DNA of 59,302 nucleotides, filler included, from Sphacelaria rigidula (GCA_964200075.2; 6 parts of 6 records of this genome joined end to end with filler, not necessarily neighbours in it), one strand, 5' to 3'. Counted from the first letter of the whole stretch, positions 34,161 to 47,777 are shown. Program-made: numbers and translations. The notes: generated by a model not told the origin, from the letters alone.

Positions 34161-37107
34161 TTACGGAGAACGTCGAACCAAATTTTACACTCGGATATAA
34201 CATTGGATCGCCCGCTGGTCGGCTGTACTGTACACAAGGGTCAGAACAATTTTCGTCGCAATCCCAGCTGCACTATGTGGTTGCCTCTCCGAGTTGCTCC
34301 GCACTCTCGCACTCTCGATAAGCACACGATCGATGTCTCCATGACCATGTGCTGCAACGTGGCGATGTAGGCAATGACGTGTCCAGTAGACTTCCAATTT
34401 CGGGGACGTCCGAACCAGATCCAGACGTGGCTTGTACTTGTTCACCGCAAGGCATCCATCATGAAGTCGATGTGCTACAGCGCCGCACACCGTGCGGCAA
34501 CGCGGCGTCGACCTGAGCCTGATATCATTGCTCACATTACCGAGTATGCCTTCGTTGCTATTAGGGTCAGGGTTAGGCTGCAGGTCCCCTCCTTTTCCCC
34601 CGAGAGGTAGTCTATATGTACGTTTTTGTCGCCCCCGCCGAAGTCTCCGCCGTTGGTTTGGGCATGCCATTTTAAAACGCGTCCAGGTAGTGTATTCATA
34701 CAAATTTCACGAGAGGGCTTGCATTGGTCGTTGAAACTTTGCCCAGGCGCGTCTTGCAAGGGCTATGAAACTATGTATGCGTCCGACTAGGTGTGGTTGT
34801 GTAAGACTTAGAGAGCATACTACTGTACTGTTGTAGATGACTTTTCACAGCCGCAGGAGCGGCTGCGGCGGCGGGAAGTGTTTATGGAGGCTGATACGCC
34901 GGAGGGGGGCAATGTTATCCAACTTTCTTGTCCACTAACACCGAGCAGACTCAGGCACAACAGTACAGTACGACCACTTGTACTGTATGTAAACATTCCT
35001 CGGTGTAGGTAACCAGATGCGGTGACTTTTTTCTAGTGTGTGGCCGTCGTAAGGCGGGAGAGGTGGTCCAAAACAAGGGGTCTCGAATTATGTATACATA
35101 CGGGACGTAGATGTGCCGGTGAATCGAATACCAAAGGCACCGCTATTTATATATTTTTTCTCGTCTTTCTGCAGATTCGACTTTTGGATTGCATGTGATT
35201 GTCGGGAAAAGCTGAATGCATTCCGAACGGAGTTGCGATGAAGGCAAAGAGCAGAGCGCGATTCGTAGCATACGGGAAAAACTTTGGATGACATTGCAAA
35301 ACGCGATGAAATAGATTAAGCCGAATTTGTAGTCTAGCTTTGAGCCGAAGGGATGCGACTTGGTCGCCACATCCCCACCGTGTGTCCTATAATTTCGGTA
35401 GGACGAAATCCCGTTCGGTCTTTTTTTGTAGGCCGCTCATGAGAGCCAGGGGCAACGAGTGCACACATTTGGGATACTCCTATATATAAATATATATATC
35501 CCGCAATTGCCGCCATCGGGATCGTGCTCCATCCGGCCGGGTTTTAACGGTTTCCTGGGGTACCCTGGGGTTTTTTGCTCATGATATTCGGACTGTCAAT
35601 AATATCACGGTGGCTCCATGCCTCGGGTCGATTTCAGCGAAGAAGGAACCGTGCTGCGTATTTTATTCACCTGTCAACACTGCCTGCATATTTCTTCTCA
35701 TACTCGGTTTCATCGTTTTTTGGGGGTCGCAGTCATGTATACCCTCACCCTCTTCAAGAGAGTTTCACGTGTGCTATATTTGTCCGGCCAATCGTCATTC
35801 GTTCACAGGTTCCTGAATGAAGGCTAGGGTCGGGATATTCTCGATATTTTTTCCTCCGCCCTGTTTTATCGTTCCCCGAGGTATCCGGCAGTTGCTCAGT
35901 GATGCGTGGGGTCTTCGTGGATCTGTCTCAGTTTATCGTTTTCTCTACCTGTCACGCCTTGAGAGCTGCAAATGAAAGTCGGCGCTCCCGTTGCTGACAA
36001 AATCGCCGGAGGTCGTCAGTGAACGGTAAATTCAAACTTTCCTCGGTTCCACCGGGTTTTTCGGATCCCCCTACCCCCGCCGGGAGACTCCACAAGACCG
36101 GGTGAACCCGCGGCAAGTTTTTTCCAAAACACGGTGACGAAAGGAACAGCAGACGCAAACAGACAACACCGAGAGCTGAGAGTATGTGTGTGGGGTTACT
36201 CATGAATTTTGCATGACGTGATCATTGGACCACTGACCTCGCATCCATACGTAGACGGGGCAGGGTACGCTTGGCCCTCGCCGGACCAGGCCCCCTAGTG
36301 TCGCAGAGTCGAACTGTTTCCAGTCGGCGCCATTACTGCGCCACCACAGATCGTGCCTAGCTCCACTCTCTTTTCACGCACTACGGCAATCATATGATGA
36401 CGTCTACGGTGCCTGCACCGTGTGTACCGTGCCTGCCGGCCATAGTCGGCGCCGACGCAATAACATCATCAATATCGTCGACGGCAGCAATTGCTGTGTT
36501 GCTCCATGTCCTGCAGGCACGTCTACCGCCGCCGCTGTGTGTGCAGCCGGTATTCCGCACCCTGTTACAGTGAACGTGAGCATAGCAGCAGCAGCAGCAG
36601 CAGCGGCGCCCGCAACACAAGCACCAGAGACGCTGTGACACATGGTCCACCAGCTCTGCCGGTTGCCTCCGTTGTGCCTCCGGTGGTTTCTTGTGGACCA
36701 TTTGCTTGTCTCGTGACTGTACTTCCGGAACAGCGTTCGTGTGTACATGTTCCTTGGGAATAGATGTGTGACGAAAATGGTGCAACGTATCGTGAACCAC
36801 TGCAACAAGAACAAATGTAGCCGAAAGATTGATGAAGGTTTTCAATGTTTCAGTCGTTTGATCGGGAGTTTTTTCGCTGAAGATTTGCCACCTACGCTCG
36901 ACATTTTGAGAGTCGGTAGGTTTTGGAAAATAAGCAGGTCGTGGTAAGTAAGGGTATATTTTTCAATTTCTTGTCGGAACAAAACGGAGTAAATTCCCGT
37001 TTAATCGAGCGGTTTCATTTTATGGAGGCGGATCATCAATCGTGGTGAACATCTGACAAATAAAACAGCGGAACCGTAGAGTTGTTCGAATATTCGAACC
37101 GGTTCGG

Positions 37108-37686
37108 TAGGCCCCGACTTCTAAGGCATGCCTTACTTTTTGCCTTAGAGCCCCTTTTCAGTAAGGGGTTGCCTGAGATGCCTTGTCTGGGCGAGGCAAA
37201 CACAAATACTACAACAAAGAATGGAAGTTAGGCACACGAATGACGACGCCAACTCCAATTAGTCGAGATACCGGGGTTTCACTTTTTGCCTTACAGCCCC
37301 TTGTAAAGGAGTCGCCTGATGAGGTGTTTTATGCCTTATTTGACAAAGGCAAACACAATATACTAAAAAAACAAAAGCTATGTGTCAAGCGTATGACGAC
37401 ACCCACTCCAATTATTCGGGTAACCGGAGTGATTGTCTAAGGCAAGTCTCAGGCATCGTGTCAAGTGTCAAGCGTATGACAACACCCACTCCAATTATTC
37501 GGGTAACCGGAGTGATTGTCTAAGGCAAGTCTCAGGCATCCTAAGCTATAATCTAAGGCATTTCATGCATGTATACGGAGTAAGGCATGCCTTAGCAGTT
37601 GCCTGAGGCCAACTATCTTGCCTCAGACGTGCCTCAGACGGTTTGCCTTAAACCCCCCTTCGGCATGCCTTAAAAGTCAGGGCCTA
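37108..37686. mobile_element. hAT-family MITE with a perfect 8-bp TSD
   Basis: 25-bp TIRs TAGGCCCCGACTTCTAAGGCATGCC ... GGCATGCCTTAAAAGTCAGGGCCTA. TSD CGGTTCGG at 37100-37107 and 37687-37694. Internal tandem duplication of about 80 bp (37383-37540). Confidence 0.9.
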
Positions 37687-39196
37687 CGGTTCGGTCAGGC
37701 AAATGATACGACAAGCGAGAACTTGAGGCTGTACACTCTCGCAGGACCCCTGAGGGCCGGTTAGCCCGCAACTCGTTCAACACTGATCCGTGATAATGTA
37801 TACATATTTTCGAAATTTTGTCGGGTACTTGCATCTCTCGTCTCGCCAAGGTTGGCATCAAGCAGTAACCGCAATAAGTGTTCGTGACTTCGTAATTGCT
37901 ACTCTGCGTTTCCAGTCGCCAGATGATTTGCTTTTCAGACGATTTTCGTGTCCCGTTTTAGTAGGACCCTTACCCACTGTAAACCCATCTACCCCGGAAA
38001 CTCAGATCATCCGTCCTCGCGGTCAAAGGATTGAAAAATGAGAGAATGAATCTACTCTCCTTCAAGGTTGAAATCGCACGGCTTGCACGAAACAAATGTA
38101 GAACAAGTCCCGTGTGGGTGTGTGACAGAATCCGCGGTCTATTGCTCGTAATATTTTTTGACCGAGAGAGTAGAAAACCGAAGTGCTGGAAGATGACTTT
38201 TTCAGCGGTGTTGTTCATATAAAGAAGTACTACGAAGATCATTATTCGCCCAGAGAGTTTTTGGCCAAAAACCACTGTCCATGTTTTTCGGTTGCGAACA
38301 GTCACGGCGATAGCTCAACCCTTTTGGGACCGAAGCTCAGTAAAGAGAGGTTTACCTTGTATCAGTCAAATGATACTACGGATTAATAAACAAGTCTGTG
38401 ATCGACCTGCCCGATCAGGGCGGGGCGAAATTTATCGACCACATCCGAACGACCAGTAGGGGGGGCTGTCGTCGGGAGTGATGTCATTGCCAAGTTGATG
38501 TCTATACCCTGTCCCTGGTCCACAAAACAGCCTTCGAAGCAAAACAAGAGCCCAAGTGGTCAGGGCTCAGTTTCTAGGCTTCTGCTCATTTTGCTAGTAA
38601 TGTCACCAAAAATTATGCTCGGAAAGTGAAATTCCTGCTCGATTGTGCTCGTAATATCAAACAAGGATGCCACTTTCAACCGGATACAGACCCACCGATC
38701 ACGATGTGCATGTTATATGTATATGTATATACGAAGTACTACCTGCTTGCATTCGTACGATTAAATACGGTATGTTCCTGTTGTCGTATACGGTGTATCA
38801 TTGTATTTCATCGCGCACGATATGTCAGACATATTGTGCTATATGCCGCCCCCCCCACAGCCGTATAGTCAAGACACATCCATCACAATCTGGGAATGAG
38901 TCATCTACAGTAGTGGGTGGTCTAACTATTCATTTTGAGGCATTTTGTGATTTCTTCGTAATTGGCGATTTTCTTGGGCTCTTTTCGCTTGCCACCGCTC
39001 CTCACGTTGGGGATCCGAACATACTTGTATCTGCTCCACATTCCAAGAAAAAAAAAATCATCTGTACTCAATATTAAGTGACTTACGGGCTGACCTGTCA
39101 TCGGGGTTCCTGCGACGTTTCAGCTCAGATTCTTACTTGTTGGGGTCTTCTGTCGATCGAGCCTGTCCCGATCATTTTTGAGAAATGTACAGGCCC

Positions 39197-39459
39197 ATTA
39201 TACGGCCAATACATGGAGTTGGACCCTGAAATTTGGTATGGACAATGAGTCGGGCATAATAAAAAAAGTTACTGGCGTACACAGAGGATTTTTTTTTCCA
39301 TGAGTTAGGGGCATTTTACCGATATCTGAAAACTGATTATTGCCTTAACTCACGAAAAAAACAGAAAAACCCTCGTGTACGCCAGTATTTTTTTTATTAT
39401 GCCCTACTCATTGTCCATACCGAATATCAGGGTCCAACTCCAAGCATTGGCCGTATAAT
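39197..39459. mobile_element. fold-back inverted repeat / MITE
   Basis: About 120-bp arms: ATTATACGGCCAAT...GGAGTTGGACCCTGA ... TCAGGGTCCAACTCC...ATTGGCCGTATAAT. Confidence 0.8.
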
Positions 39460-39503
39460 CCGCCGTTTAGTGACAGGGTCAGAAGAAATTCGGAACAGTA
39501 TTT

Positions 39504-39603
39504 NNNNNNNNNNNNNNNNNNNNNNNNNNNNNNNNNNNNNNNNNNNNTTAATTAATTAANNNNNNNNNNNNNNNNNNNNNNNNNNNNNNNNNNNNNNNNN
39601 NNN
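39504..39603. other. artificial contig linker
   Basis: Same N-TTAATTAATTAA-N spacer. Confidence 0.98.
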
Positions 39604-39766
39604 CCTTTGTTGTTTCCCTGTGGAAGAAAGAGAGACGCCGGGGGTTTTTTTCTTGTCCGTGAAAAAATCCCTATCCCCCCCCCCCCCCCCCATCTTCTTG
39701 CTGTGCGAAACCTGATCTTTCCTCCCCACCCCCACCCCCGCCTTCAAATGAACCAATTAAAATCAG

Positions 39767-41088
39767 GGGTTGGACGCGCCGTTGGCGTCGCAGTGCGCGG
39801 CAACGATCGACCACCTGGCTACGTACCACTTTAAGAATGCGGCGAGGGAAACTCCGGCAATGCACGCGCTCAAGGCGCATTTGACGAGGGAGCCGGCGTT
39901 GCTCTCGGGGCTGATGGAGACCCTCTTCAATATCTTACTCTTCGAGTCCATGTCCAACAACACGGCTAACCAATGGGCAGTGACACGACCGATCCTCAGC
40001 CTCTTGCTGGCGGACGAGCAGGTGAGCTAGCTGTACATGTTGTTGTTGTTGTTGTTGTCGGGTCTTCGTCCTGTTTTAGAGGCGTGTTCTTATGCTCGAT
40101 CTGTATTTTCATAAGGCTGGATACAGTAGGTGCATCTGCATTGATCACCTTGCGTACTCGGGGATGACCCCTAATATTCAAAGCCTAACGTTTGCAAAAA
40201 ACGGTGTGCTCGCGAGAGGTATCATAACCCGATTTAGCTGAAACTTTATACAGGTAAACGCTGTAGAGGTCAGCCTACAGTATGTCGATCTAGGTGAATG
40301 GGGGGACGGGTGTAGGTCTTTTTTTTTTCGCATGCGAGGGTATCTGCCGTATCAGTATTTGGTGGTTGTTGTCAACGCGGGCGAGATTGTCGTAGGAGTC
40401 TCGAGAAGTACCCGTCAATGCATAGTGGGGGTACATGGTGTGTGTGTGATCTTGAGGGTAGTTTTTACGCGGCAGGTGTGCGGTGCTCACGTTGTGTCAA
40501 GCGCACGTGAACGCACGAACTTGTTCATGGTTAGGACGAATCATCACGACTACGAATCACCAAATCCACGATTTCTTCGNNNNNNNNNNACGCTGAAAAC
40601 AAAGCCTAGGAATTGATTCGTACGAGTCGAATCACTTACACTAAAACCAAGTGATTTCCAGATGAATCATTATCTGTCTGACCCTTGAACTTGCTCTTAT
40701 CAAGGCTCTCTCCGCTTCGTTTTTACGCTTCCTGACTCACCTGCTTTGAGTCTCGTCTGTATCTCGTGACTATGCCCCGTTGAGACCCCGGATCGATTCG
40801 TACCGAGATTGGTACCTGTGGTGCAAATCATGAACCGTCCAATCGAGAAGTCCACGGCTCTTGGTGCTGTTGCGTTACCCCAAATTTTAATGGAAAAACC
40901 AGGCGTTCAACAAGTACAAGAACAAGCTCACGGAGTCACAGTCCGTGGCAAATCGACCGCTACTGCAGGAGGCGTTCACGAAGCTCTTGGCCGACGTGCA
41001 GCGCAACCTCGAATCCACCAACCGGGATCGATTCACGCAGCGCCTCACTAGCTTCCGCATCTCCGTGCGACAATTCCTAACAATGTAG
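39767..41088 (+). CDS. XPO7: exportin-7 / RanBP16 family, last two exons
   Basis: Exons 39767-40021 (GLDAPLASQCAATIDHLATYHFK...LFNILLFE...NQWAVTRPILSLLL) and 40903-41088 (AFNKYKNKL...FTKLLADVQRNLESTNRDRFTQRLTSFR...TAG). CxxxIDH, NQWxxxRP and RNLxxxNRDRFTQ are characteristic of the XPO7 C-terminus. Confidence 0.92.
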
Positions 41089-44000
41089 TGGTATATGCGA
41101 TATCGTGCGGTGGTTTGCGTAAAGGAGCGTGGTTGTGCTCGGCATTTCGGAACAGTTTCAGTGCGAACGGAGCGGGCTGTGGGGTGTGTAGCCTCCTTGC
41201 TGGGTAGTAGTATTACAAGGTGGTAGTGGTTAATGTTTAGTAGAAGGGGATACAGCGGAGGCATATTTTGATGTGCTTTTTGTTTCTTGTTTGAAGGCAA
41301 TGGTGGTTGGTGGTAGTAGGCAGTGGTGATGGTGGTTGCAGTGCGAATCCTGTGCCGTTCCGTTGTTTTTGTTGTTTGTCGTTCGGGCTTGCTTTTTTTA
41401 TTTCATTTTCCTTTCTCTCGGCTCGTGTGTTCCGGCTCTTGCGTTTTGTTCTTTCTCTCTTTTTGCGTTTTGCTTTGTTTTGTTTTTGCGCTCCTCCCCT
41501 GATATGGTGGGTATTTTGTGATTTTACTTGAGTTTTGGGGTGTGTCTTTTTTTCGTGTGTGTCAAACTACTTGGGGTATCAAGGTTTGTGTGTGCTAGCA
41601 TAATGCAGAAGATGCAACTGCAATTGCGTTGCCTGTACCATTATACCATTTTTTGTGCTGTGGGTGTTTTGTTTTGGGGTTCTTGGGTCGGTTTCATCCA
41701 CATTTTGAACTGCTGTTCGCAAAGTGATATGGATGAATTTACTCGTAAGCAGTAAGACGACAGAAGATAGTGCATAGTGAAGTGGGAACCCTTTGTTGCT
41801 GTGTTCGTGGGTGATGGGAGGGAATGAGGGAGGCAGCAGACTCTCCCACTTTCCTCAAGGTTCTGTGAAACACGTCCTTATAGCGCGCGGTGGGCTGCTT
41901 GCTTGTGAAGCATGTGTCATGATATCGTTCATCCTTCTGTAGCGGGTCTGCTGGATGCCTTGTTGTCGTGAATGCTGGATTTAGAGGACCCAAGGTACGC
42001 TAGGTGGGGTGGGGCCACCGCTAACGAATTCCAAGACCGTCAAGGTAGGCGAATTGATCGAGTTGATTCCCGTGATACGTGAGGTGATTACTCGAATCGT
42101 TCCGTGATGACTAGTCAGTTTGCTCTACTGGCATGCTCAGTTTTCGAGTGATGACTTCGATGGCTGCGTGTGAGGACCCATTATTCGCCACTCGGTGCCC
42201 GTGCGCGACCTTGAGGGCACCGCTTAGCTCACCCGCGACTGAAAGTAAGGGTGACTTGAGCGGGGTCCGGGTAGCGCAGGGGAGTCTCACGCGACCTCCG
42301 GGCCCTTGCATCTATGCATCATGGCGAAAGCGTGTGCGGTACTTTTGACGTGACCGTAGAGTGTATGTGCTACAGTACACGTATTTTTCCGGGGGTTGTA
42401 TTGTGTCGTGACCTCGACGTACTGTACCGTTACACAAAAGAAGATCTCCTGGTGGCTGAAGTACGTATACGTATATCTTGACCTACCGCAACCAGCCGAC
42501 CTCACCACGACTTCGTCGATGCCTGTGGGCGAGCTGTAGGTGGCATTGTGACGTTTCTTTGTTATATTTTTTCATGTTGGATCGAATGTGTTCGGGAAGA
42601 AAGGGGGGTGGGAAGTAGCAACAACATGCACACGCACATGTTGTCAGCGTAATACGGTCGGGGGGGGGCGGGAGGGGGGGGGATTGATCCCCCAGCAAGC
42701 GGCGTTCTTTGTTCGTGATTCGAAGTTACTGTTCTGTTTGCTATTCATGCATTCCTTTGCCTTCTTCGTGTTTTCGGGTTGGGGACACCTCGATGATGAA
42801 TGCCGTTTACTTTTGAGTGCAAAAGTCTGTATTATTGGTATGCATCCAGTTCATTATGGCGGTGATGGCGACAGCCGCAGCAACGTCTCAACAAGTATTA
42901 TGCACTTCGAGTGTTGTGGACTGCAATGGCTTCAATGTCTCGATTTTGCGTCGCTTTTCTCTTGATTATTTTACTGGCCCCGCCCCCCGCCCGCGGCCCC
43001 GGCCCTCAGTCGCTTGTCCCCGAACAAATCAACGCATGGACAGATGTTGAAAAATGTCGTGTGGTGTGTGCGATTCTAAATCTAGAAGTGGTGGCACTGT
43101 TGAGGCCGGGAAACGGTGTGTGGTGCGCATGGAAGTGTGACGAGGCTGTTAGCACCTGACACGGTCTGTTTCGTTTTTTTTTCTTTGCTTTTCGTGCTCT
43201 ATCTTTCTTGTCTGGAAACAGGCGCGTGCGGGGAGGGGGGGGGGGGAGGGGGGGGAGGGTAGCCGGAGATGTGGGAATGCTGCCTAGCGAAATGTTTTTG
43301 CTTTTCACATGATTGAACACAAAATGAAGAAAACCTGAACTAGCCGTTGTATAATGTCTGCTGCGACTGAATTGTCGCGGGCCAACCACGATATTCCTTG
43401 CGTGTGTGCGGCGGAGTAGTGTTGCTCAAGATGGGGCACGTTGGACATGTCCCCTCTCCAACCTCATCCCTACTGCCATTTCCGTACGCTTTTAACCTTT
43501 CGCCAATGAAGGAGTCCGATGTGTACGGTGGAAGCTTGTGCAACTTTTGTTGCTGCCTTCTTTGGCTAAATTCGGGCATGGAAGGGTTGAAGGGTTATTG
43601 TTTCACCGGAAATGAATACCCCAAAACTTGAGTGATGATGAAGGAAAGCGTAATGCCGCAAGAGAACTTCCCTGCACCCAGGGGCTGCAGAAGAGATGTT
43701 GGATAAAGCACGGAGGATCAACGTCCATTCTCCGCTCCCATTACTTTGCGCAACAGCTCATGAAGATACGGGCAGAAAAACAGGACGTCCATGATGGTGC
43801 CGACGAAACAGAAACGACAAAACTGCGGAACACAGATGAGCCCATCTTACCCATGATGGCTGGCTGCTTGCCCGCTGTGAGGATCTGGACATGATTTTTC
43901 TTGTAACAAGCCGATCAGATGGATGTGGTGAATCGCCCGCCACTTCGAACTACTACTACTAATACGAATTTCTGCTGCTTCATTACACTCCTATTTGTCG

Positions 44001-44329
44001 GATGCTAAATTATGATTTTTTTTTGCCATATCTTTTTTGTTCACGTTCGAACATCAATCTTTTCACCACGAACTGGCAATGAAGATTCCCGCGTCGGCAC
44101 CATGGTTGGACCTTCAGAAACAACGAGAGGGAAAATCAACAACGGCGATGAACGTCAAATACCCGACACTTCCTCCGTTGTACACTGGGACGTCAATTAA
44201 TTGAAAACACCAGCGTTCCCGAAGGATCAACTAAAGAAACGGGTCATCACACCGTCAATCGTTGTCCCCCCTCGGTGCGAGTCCATAGTCTCGAAGGATC
44301 AATCCGCACACACCCCGGTATCCCAAGAG

Positions 44330-44563
44330 TCGAAGCTCGTAAGAGTACGGCGGCGCTTGTACAACGCCAAGTTGACGGGGGATTTAGAGGGTTGGACCCT
44401 CACACTGGCCTTGAGCCAAGCCATCAAACTCTCGAGGCAACTACCCGACATGACTGCCGCGAAGCGGTCTAGCCGAGCCTCCGACCAATCGACATACTAA
44501 CCCGCTTTGCGGGGTACTTGTTGTTGGGTGAGGTTTCGTCCTCCCTTCAAGGGAAAAAAAAAA
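44330..44563 (+). repeat. dispersed repeat, possible non-LTR retroelement 3' end with poly(A)
   Basis: Homologous to 13150-13395 and ends in GGG(A)11. Confidence 0.65.
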
Positions 44564-44564
44564 A

Positions 44565-45780
44565 GTGTCTGCTTGCAATTTTTCGCCGGACATCGACTCA
44601 GTGCTCCTGCAGCCGCGGACTCCCGCCGATGTGTTTCGTTCACTCATCATGCCTTCACGCGTCCCACCAAGGCAAGATACCCACCTGTGGGGGTAGATAA
44701 GCCAAATACACCTGTATCTCGCCAACACCACGGCAACTCATAGAACACGCACCGATTTGTTCTTGTGACACAGGGCTACTCAGAAATGTTTGGCGTGGCC
44801 AGAACAACCCAGATATCGGCCTGCAGCGGCAGGTGGGGTGATAAGATAATGAGTGGAGCGGTAAGATATCCCCACCCATGTGAACACACGTGGCGTTCCA
44901 CGTCGCTTAAGCCTCACCTCTGTCCACCTCCGATGGTCGAAATATTCACCGCAATGGATGTTGTCCTTCATTGCTGCTCGGTATTTACGACGAAAGAAGC
45001 GTGTGTCCTCAGCGTTCCCGTTGTGTTGGTGGCGAGATACAAGTGGTGGCGTACCACCCCAGTCATGATATCTTGACCTCAGTGGCCGCTTCAGGCCAAC
45101 GACTGGGTTGTTCCGGGAAATTCAAACATTTTTCTCGACAGTTGTATGTCACATGAACGCATCGATGCGTGGGTATATGAGCTGGCGTGGTGTTGGTGGC
45201 GAGGTACAGGTGGTTGGACGAAAAAGGCTTGTATTTCTCACCACCCCAGTCATAGTATTTTAACCTCGCCGGCCGGTGCAGGACAGGTACTGGGTTTTCC
45301 CGGTCAAACGAAACATCTCTGGATAGCCTTATGTCGCCGGAGCACATCGATCGATACGTGGTCTGTAAGCTAGCTCTCTCGGTGTTGGTGGCGAGATCCA
45401 GTTGGTGTGGGTTTATAAGCCTTATATATCTCACCACTCAAGCCATGATCTTTTCATCCCACCTGCCGCCGCAGGTCAAGTGCTCGGTTGTTTCGGCTTC
45501 TTGGTGGCGCCCACACACCTCACCGCCCCAGTCATGATCTTCTCGTCCCACCTGCCGCCGCAGGTCAAATACTGGGTTGCTTCGGCTTCTCGATGGCGCT
45601 TGAAATTGTGCGCAAGGGCGTGGACTGCTTCTTTGCGATCCTGAAAGACCGTTTCAGAATCGTCAAGCTCCGCTTGGGGTACCACTCTCGGGCAAACATT
45701 ACATCAACAACATATTCTTCATGTGCTGTATCCTTCACAACATGCATTACATCTTCGACGGCATGGTGGTTCTCCAGAAA
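44565..45780 (+). pseudogene. degenerate PIF/Harbinger-type DDE transposase with internal tandem amplification
   Basis: GFSMALEIVRKGVDCFFAILKDRFRIVKLRLGYH resembles the Harbinger C-terminal RxxVExxFGxLKxRFxxL motif, and VLVARYKWWR is a decayed DxGY region. A segment of about 170-190 bp is repeated 4-5 times. Many frameshifts. Confidence 0.7.
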
Positions 45781-47432
45781 AACTTGGACTGGACAGGGAG
45801 CGCTGGGTCAAACACCGCCTAAGAACATGACCCGCTCACGGACTTCACGGTCGGAGCGAGGGGAGTGCTATCAGGCGAGGATGGCGAGGGGGGGGGGGGT
45901 ACTCATGATTTTGAACGCAAGGGTGGTGGGAGTGGGGGGGGGGGGCAACCTGAGGCCCGACCGCAAACGTACGGTTCCTTGATTCGTGATCCGTACGGGG
46001 GGATCGATGGACGCGACTGGTGAAGGCGATAAAAGGACACGGCCGGGTCAATCAGGTTGCTGTAGAAGAGTAGAATTGCATAGCCAGACACAGCAAAGAG
46101 AAGGACGTGATACAGGTGACGTGATACAGGTGGGGGCCAACATCATGGCAGCGCAAGGCCGCTCACCTAGATAGTACGTACGCGAATCCGATACATACAC
46201 CGACTGTGACAGCAAATCCCGCCGCATGTAACTGTCAAAACATATACAAGTGCCTTAGTACTGTCATCAGTTCAGTACCGTAGACTCTACTGATTAGCCT
46301 GTTCACTCAAACACCGAGGGTATGCGGTGTTCAAGGAGCAGCTGATCGAGAGCTTCACTCACCGTAAAAACGACGACACAACCTGGATATCTCGGCCCAA
46401 ATAAGCCCTCTAGATATTTTTCGAGTATCTCCAAGGGTGCACGAAAAACCAAGCCCGGCACACCTACGTACCCCCCCCCTCCACCCCCCGCCATCCCTCC
46501 GGAGCGCCGAAAAACAACTATTTCTTCATGTTATTACATCTTCTTCCTTCTGCCTTTCCATTCTCAATTTGTGTGAATATTCAATGCAGGTTACCTCCCA
46601 AACACGTGCTAAAATATCTACTTGTTTCTGCATGCTGCCGTGGGTGGACTTCGGGTTATTTCATGGTCGTGGTTGGAGACGATCCCCAACCAAGGCCATT
46701 CCCTGCGGCGGCAACCTTCGACAAAAGTTGCAAAAAAACAACCACGACTTGCATTTGAGCTTGTTCAAATCGGTAATGACGGAAGAGACTGTAGCCTCTG
46801 CCAGACGATCTAGACAAGAGGACTTTCAACGAGGAAGTCCTCCAGTATCACTGGCCTCGTGCTCGACAAGTCCTTTCTTCTCACTTGTTATTATCACGGA
46901 GTGATCCAGGAACAGACCACATCATGAGCCAGACAGCAAGGGGCCACATAGATAGGGGCCATCGATCCAGGATCCCCTGTCCCCTGTCACTGCTCCAATC
47001 ATGCACGCGATTATACTGAAACCTATGGCTTGGTATCATTTGGCTACAAGACTCATGAGCCTACAACGGTGGCGTTGTGCACAGTGTTCCAAATAATTCA
47101 GTATGCGATCGGTTTTCGAAACAAGATAGGATTTAATATGGGATACAGTGGACTCTTTCTCGGACAGTCTTCTCGAGATGGCTGGTTCCTTCACCGATGA
47201 GTACCAGGTCCATCCAAAATTACTGTACAATACCGTGATGTCTGGATACTGTGGTGAACGTCACCAACCCCCAGAAGGCATGTCGAAGGGAGTCTTGTTT
47301 TTTGTATCACGTATTTACTGTTTCAACAATTTATTTTTATTAACCTTACTTGAACTCATTTCCCCCCCTTCTCTACTGTATTTTTATTTATTTTTCGAGT
47401 AATTGATTATTTGATTAATATATTATAGGGCC

Positions 47433-47777
47433 GGTCGCCCCAGTGGCTCAGTTGGTGACCTCGGGGCCTTCTGACGGTTGGGTCGCGGGTTCGAATCTCG
47501 ATGAAGTCACACAATCTGGGAGTTTTTCTCACACCATGGCCAACAGTAGAGAGCAACTTTGTCGTGGGTACACAAAAATTGACTTCACGGTCGACGAGGG
47601 AAAGGGACCGCTGAACTCATCTCGCGATAAAAAATAAGCAAGCACCGCAGAGAACCGCAGAAGAAAGGTGGAGAGCTAAAAAAAAAAGAAATGAAACCTC
47701 CTGAGATAGCCTCCCTCACCCTGTAGGGCCCCGGCTGATGCGCCCGCATATACCGGAAGGTGTAGACTGGGGTCCCA
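47433..47777 (+). mobile_element. tRNA-derived SINE (copy 2)
   Basis: Head GGTCGCCCCAGTGGCTCAGTTGG (A box) ... GGGTTCGAATCTC (B box). Body and tail match the copies at 7150-7979 and 58227-58467. Confidence 0.8.

Noticed and set aside
46530-46905. possible MULE transposase relic (minus strand, VIITSEKKGLV...SCLDRL)
   Set aside because: The resemblance to the ISDxxKGL...CxxH motif is too weak to call without a search.
47433-47505. functional tRNA
   Set aside because: There is no acceptor stem, and it continues into a body shared by three dispersed copies, so it is a SINE head.
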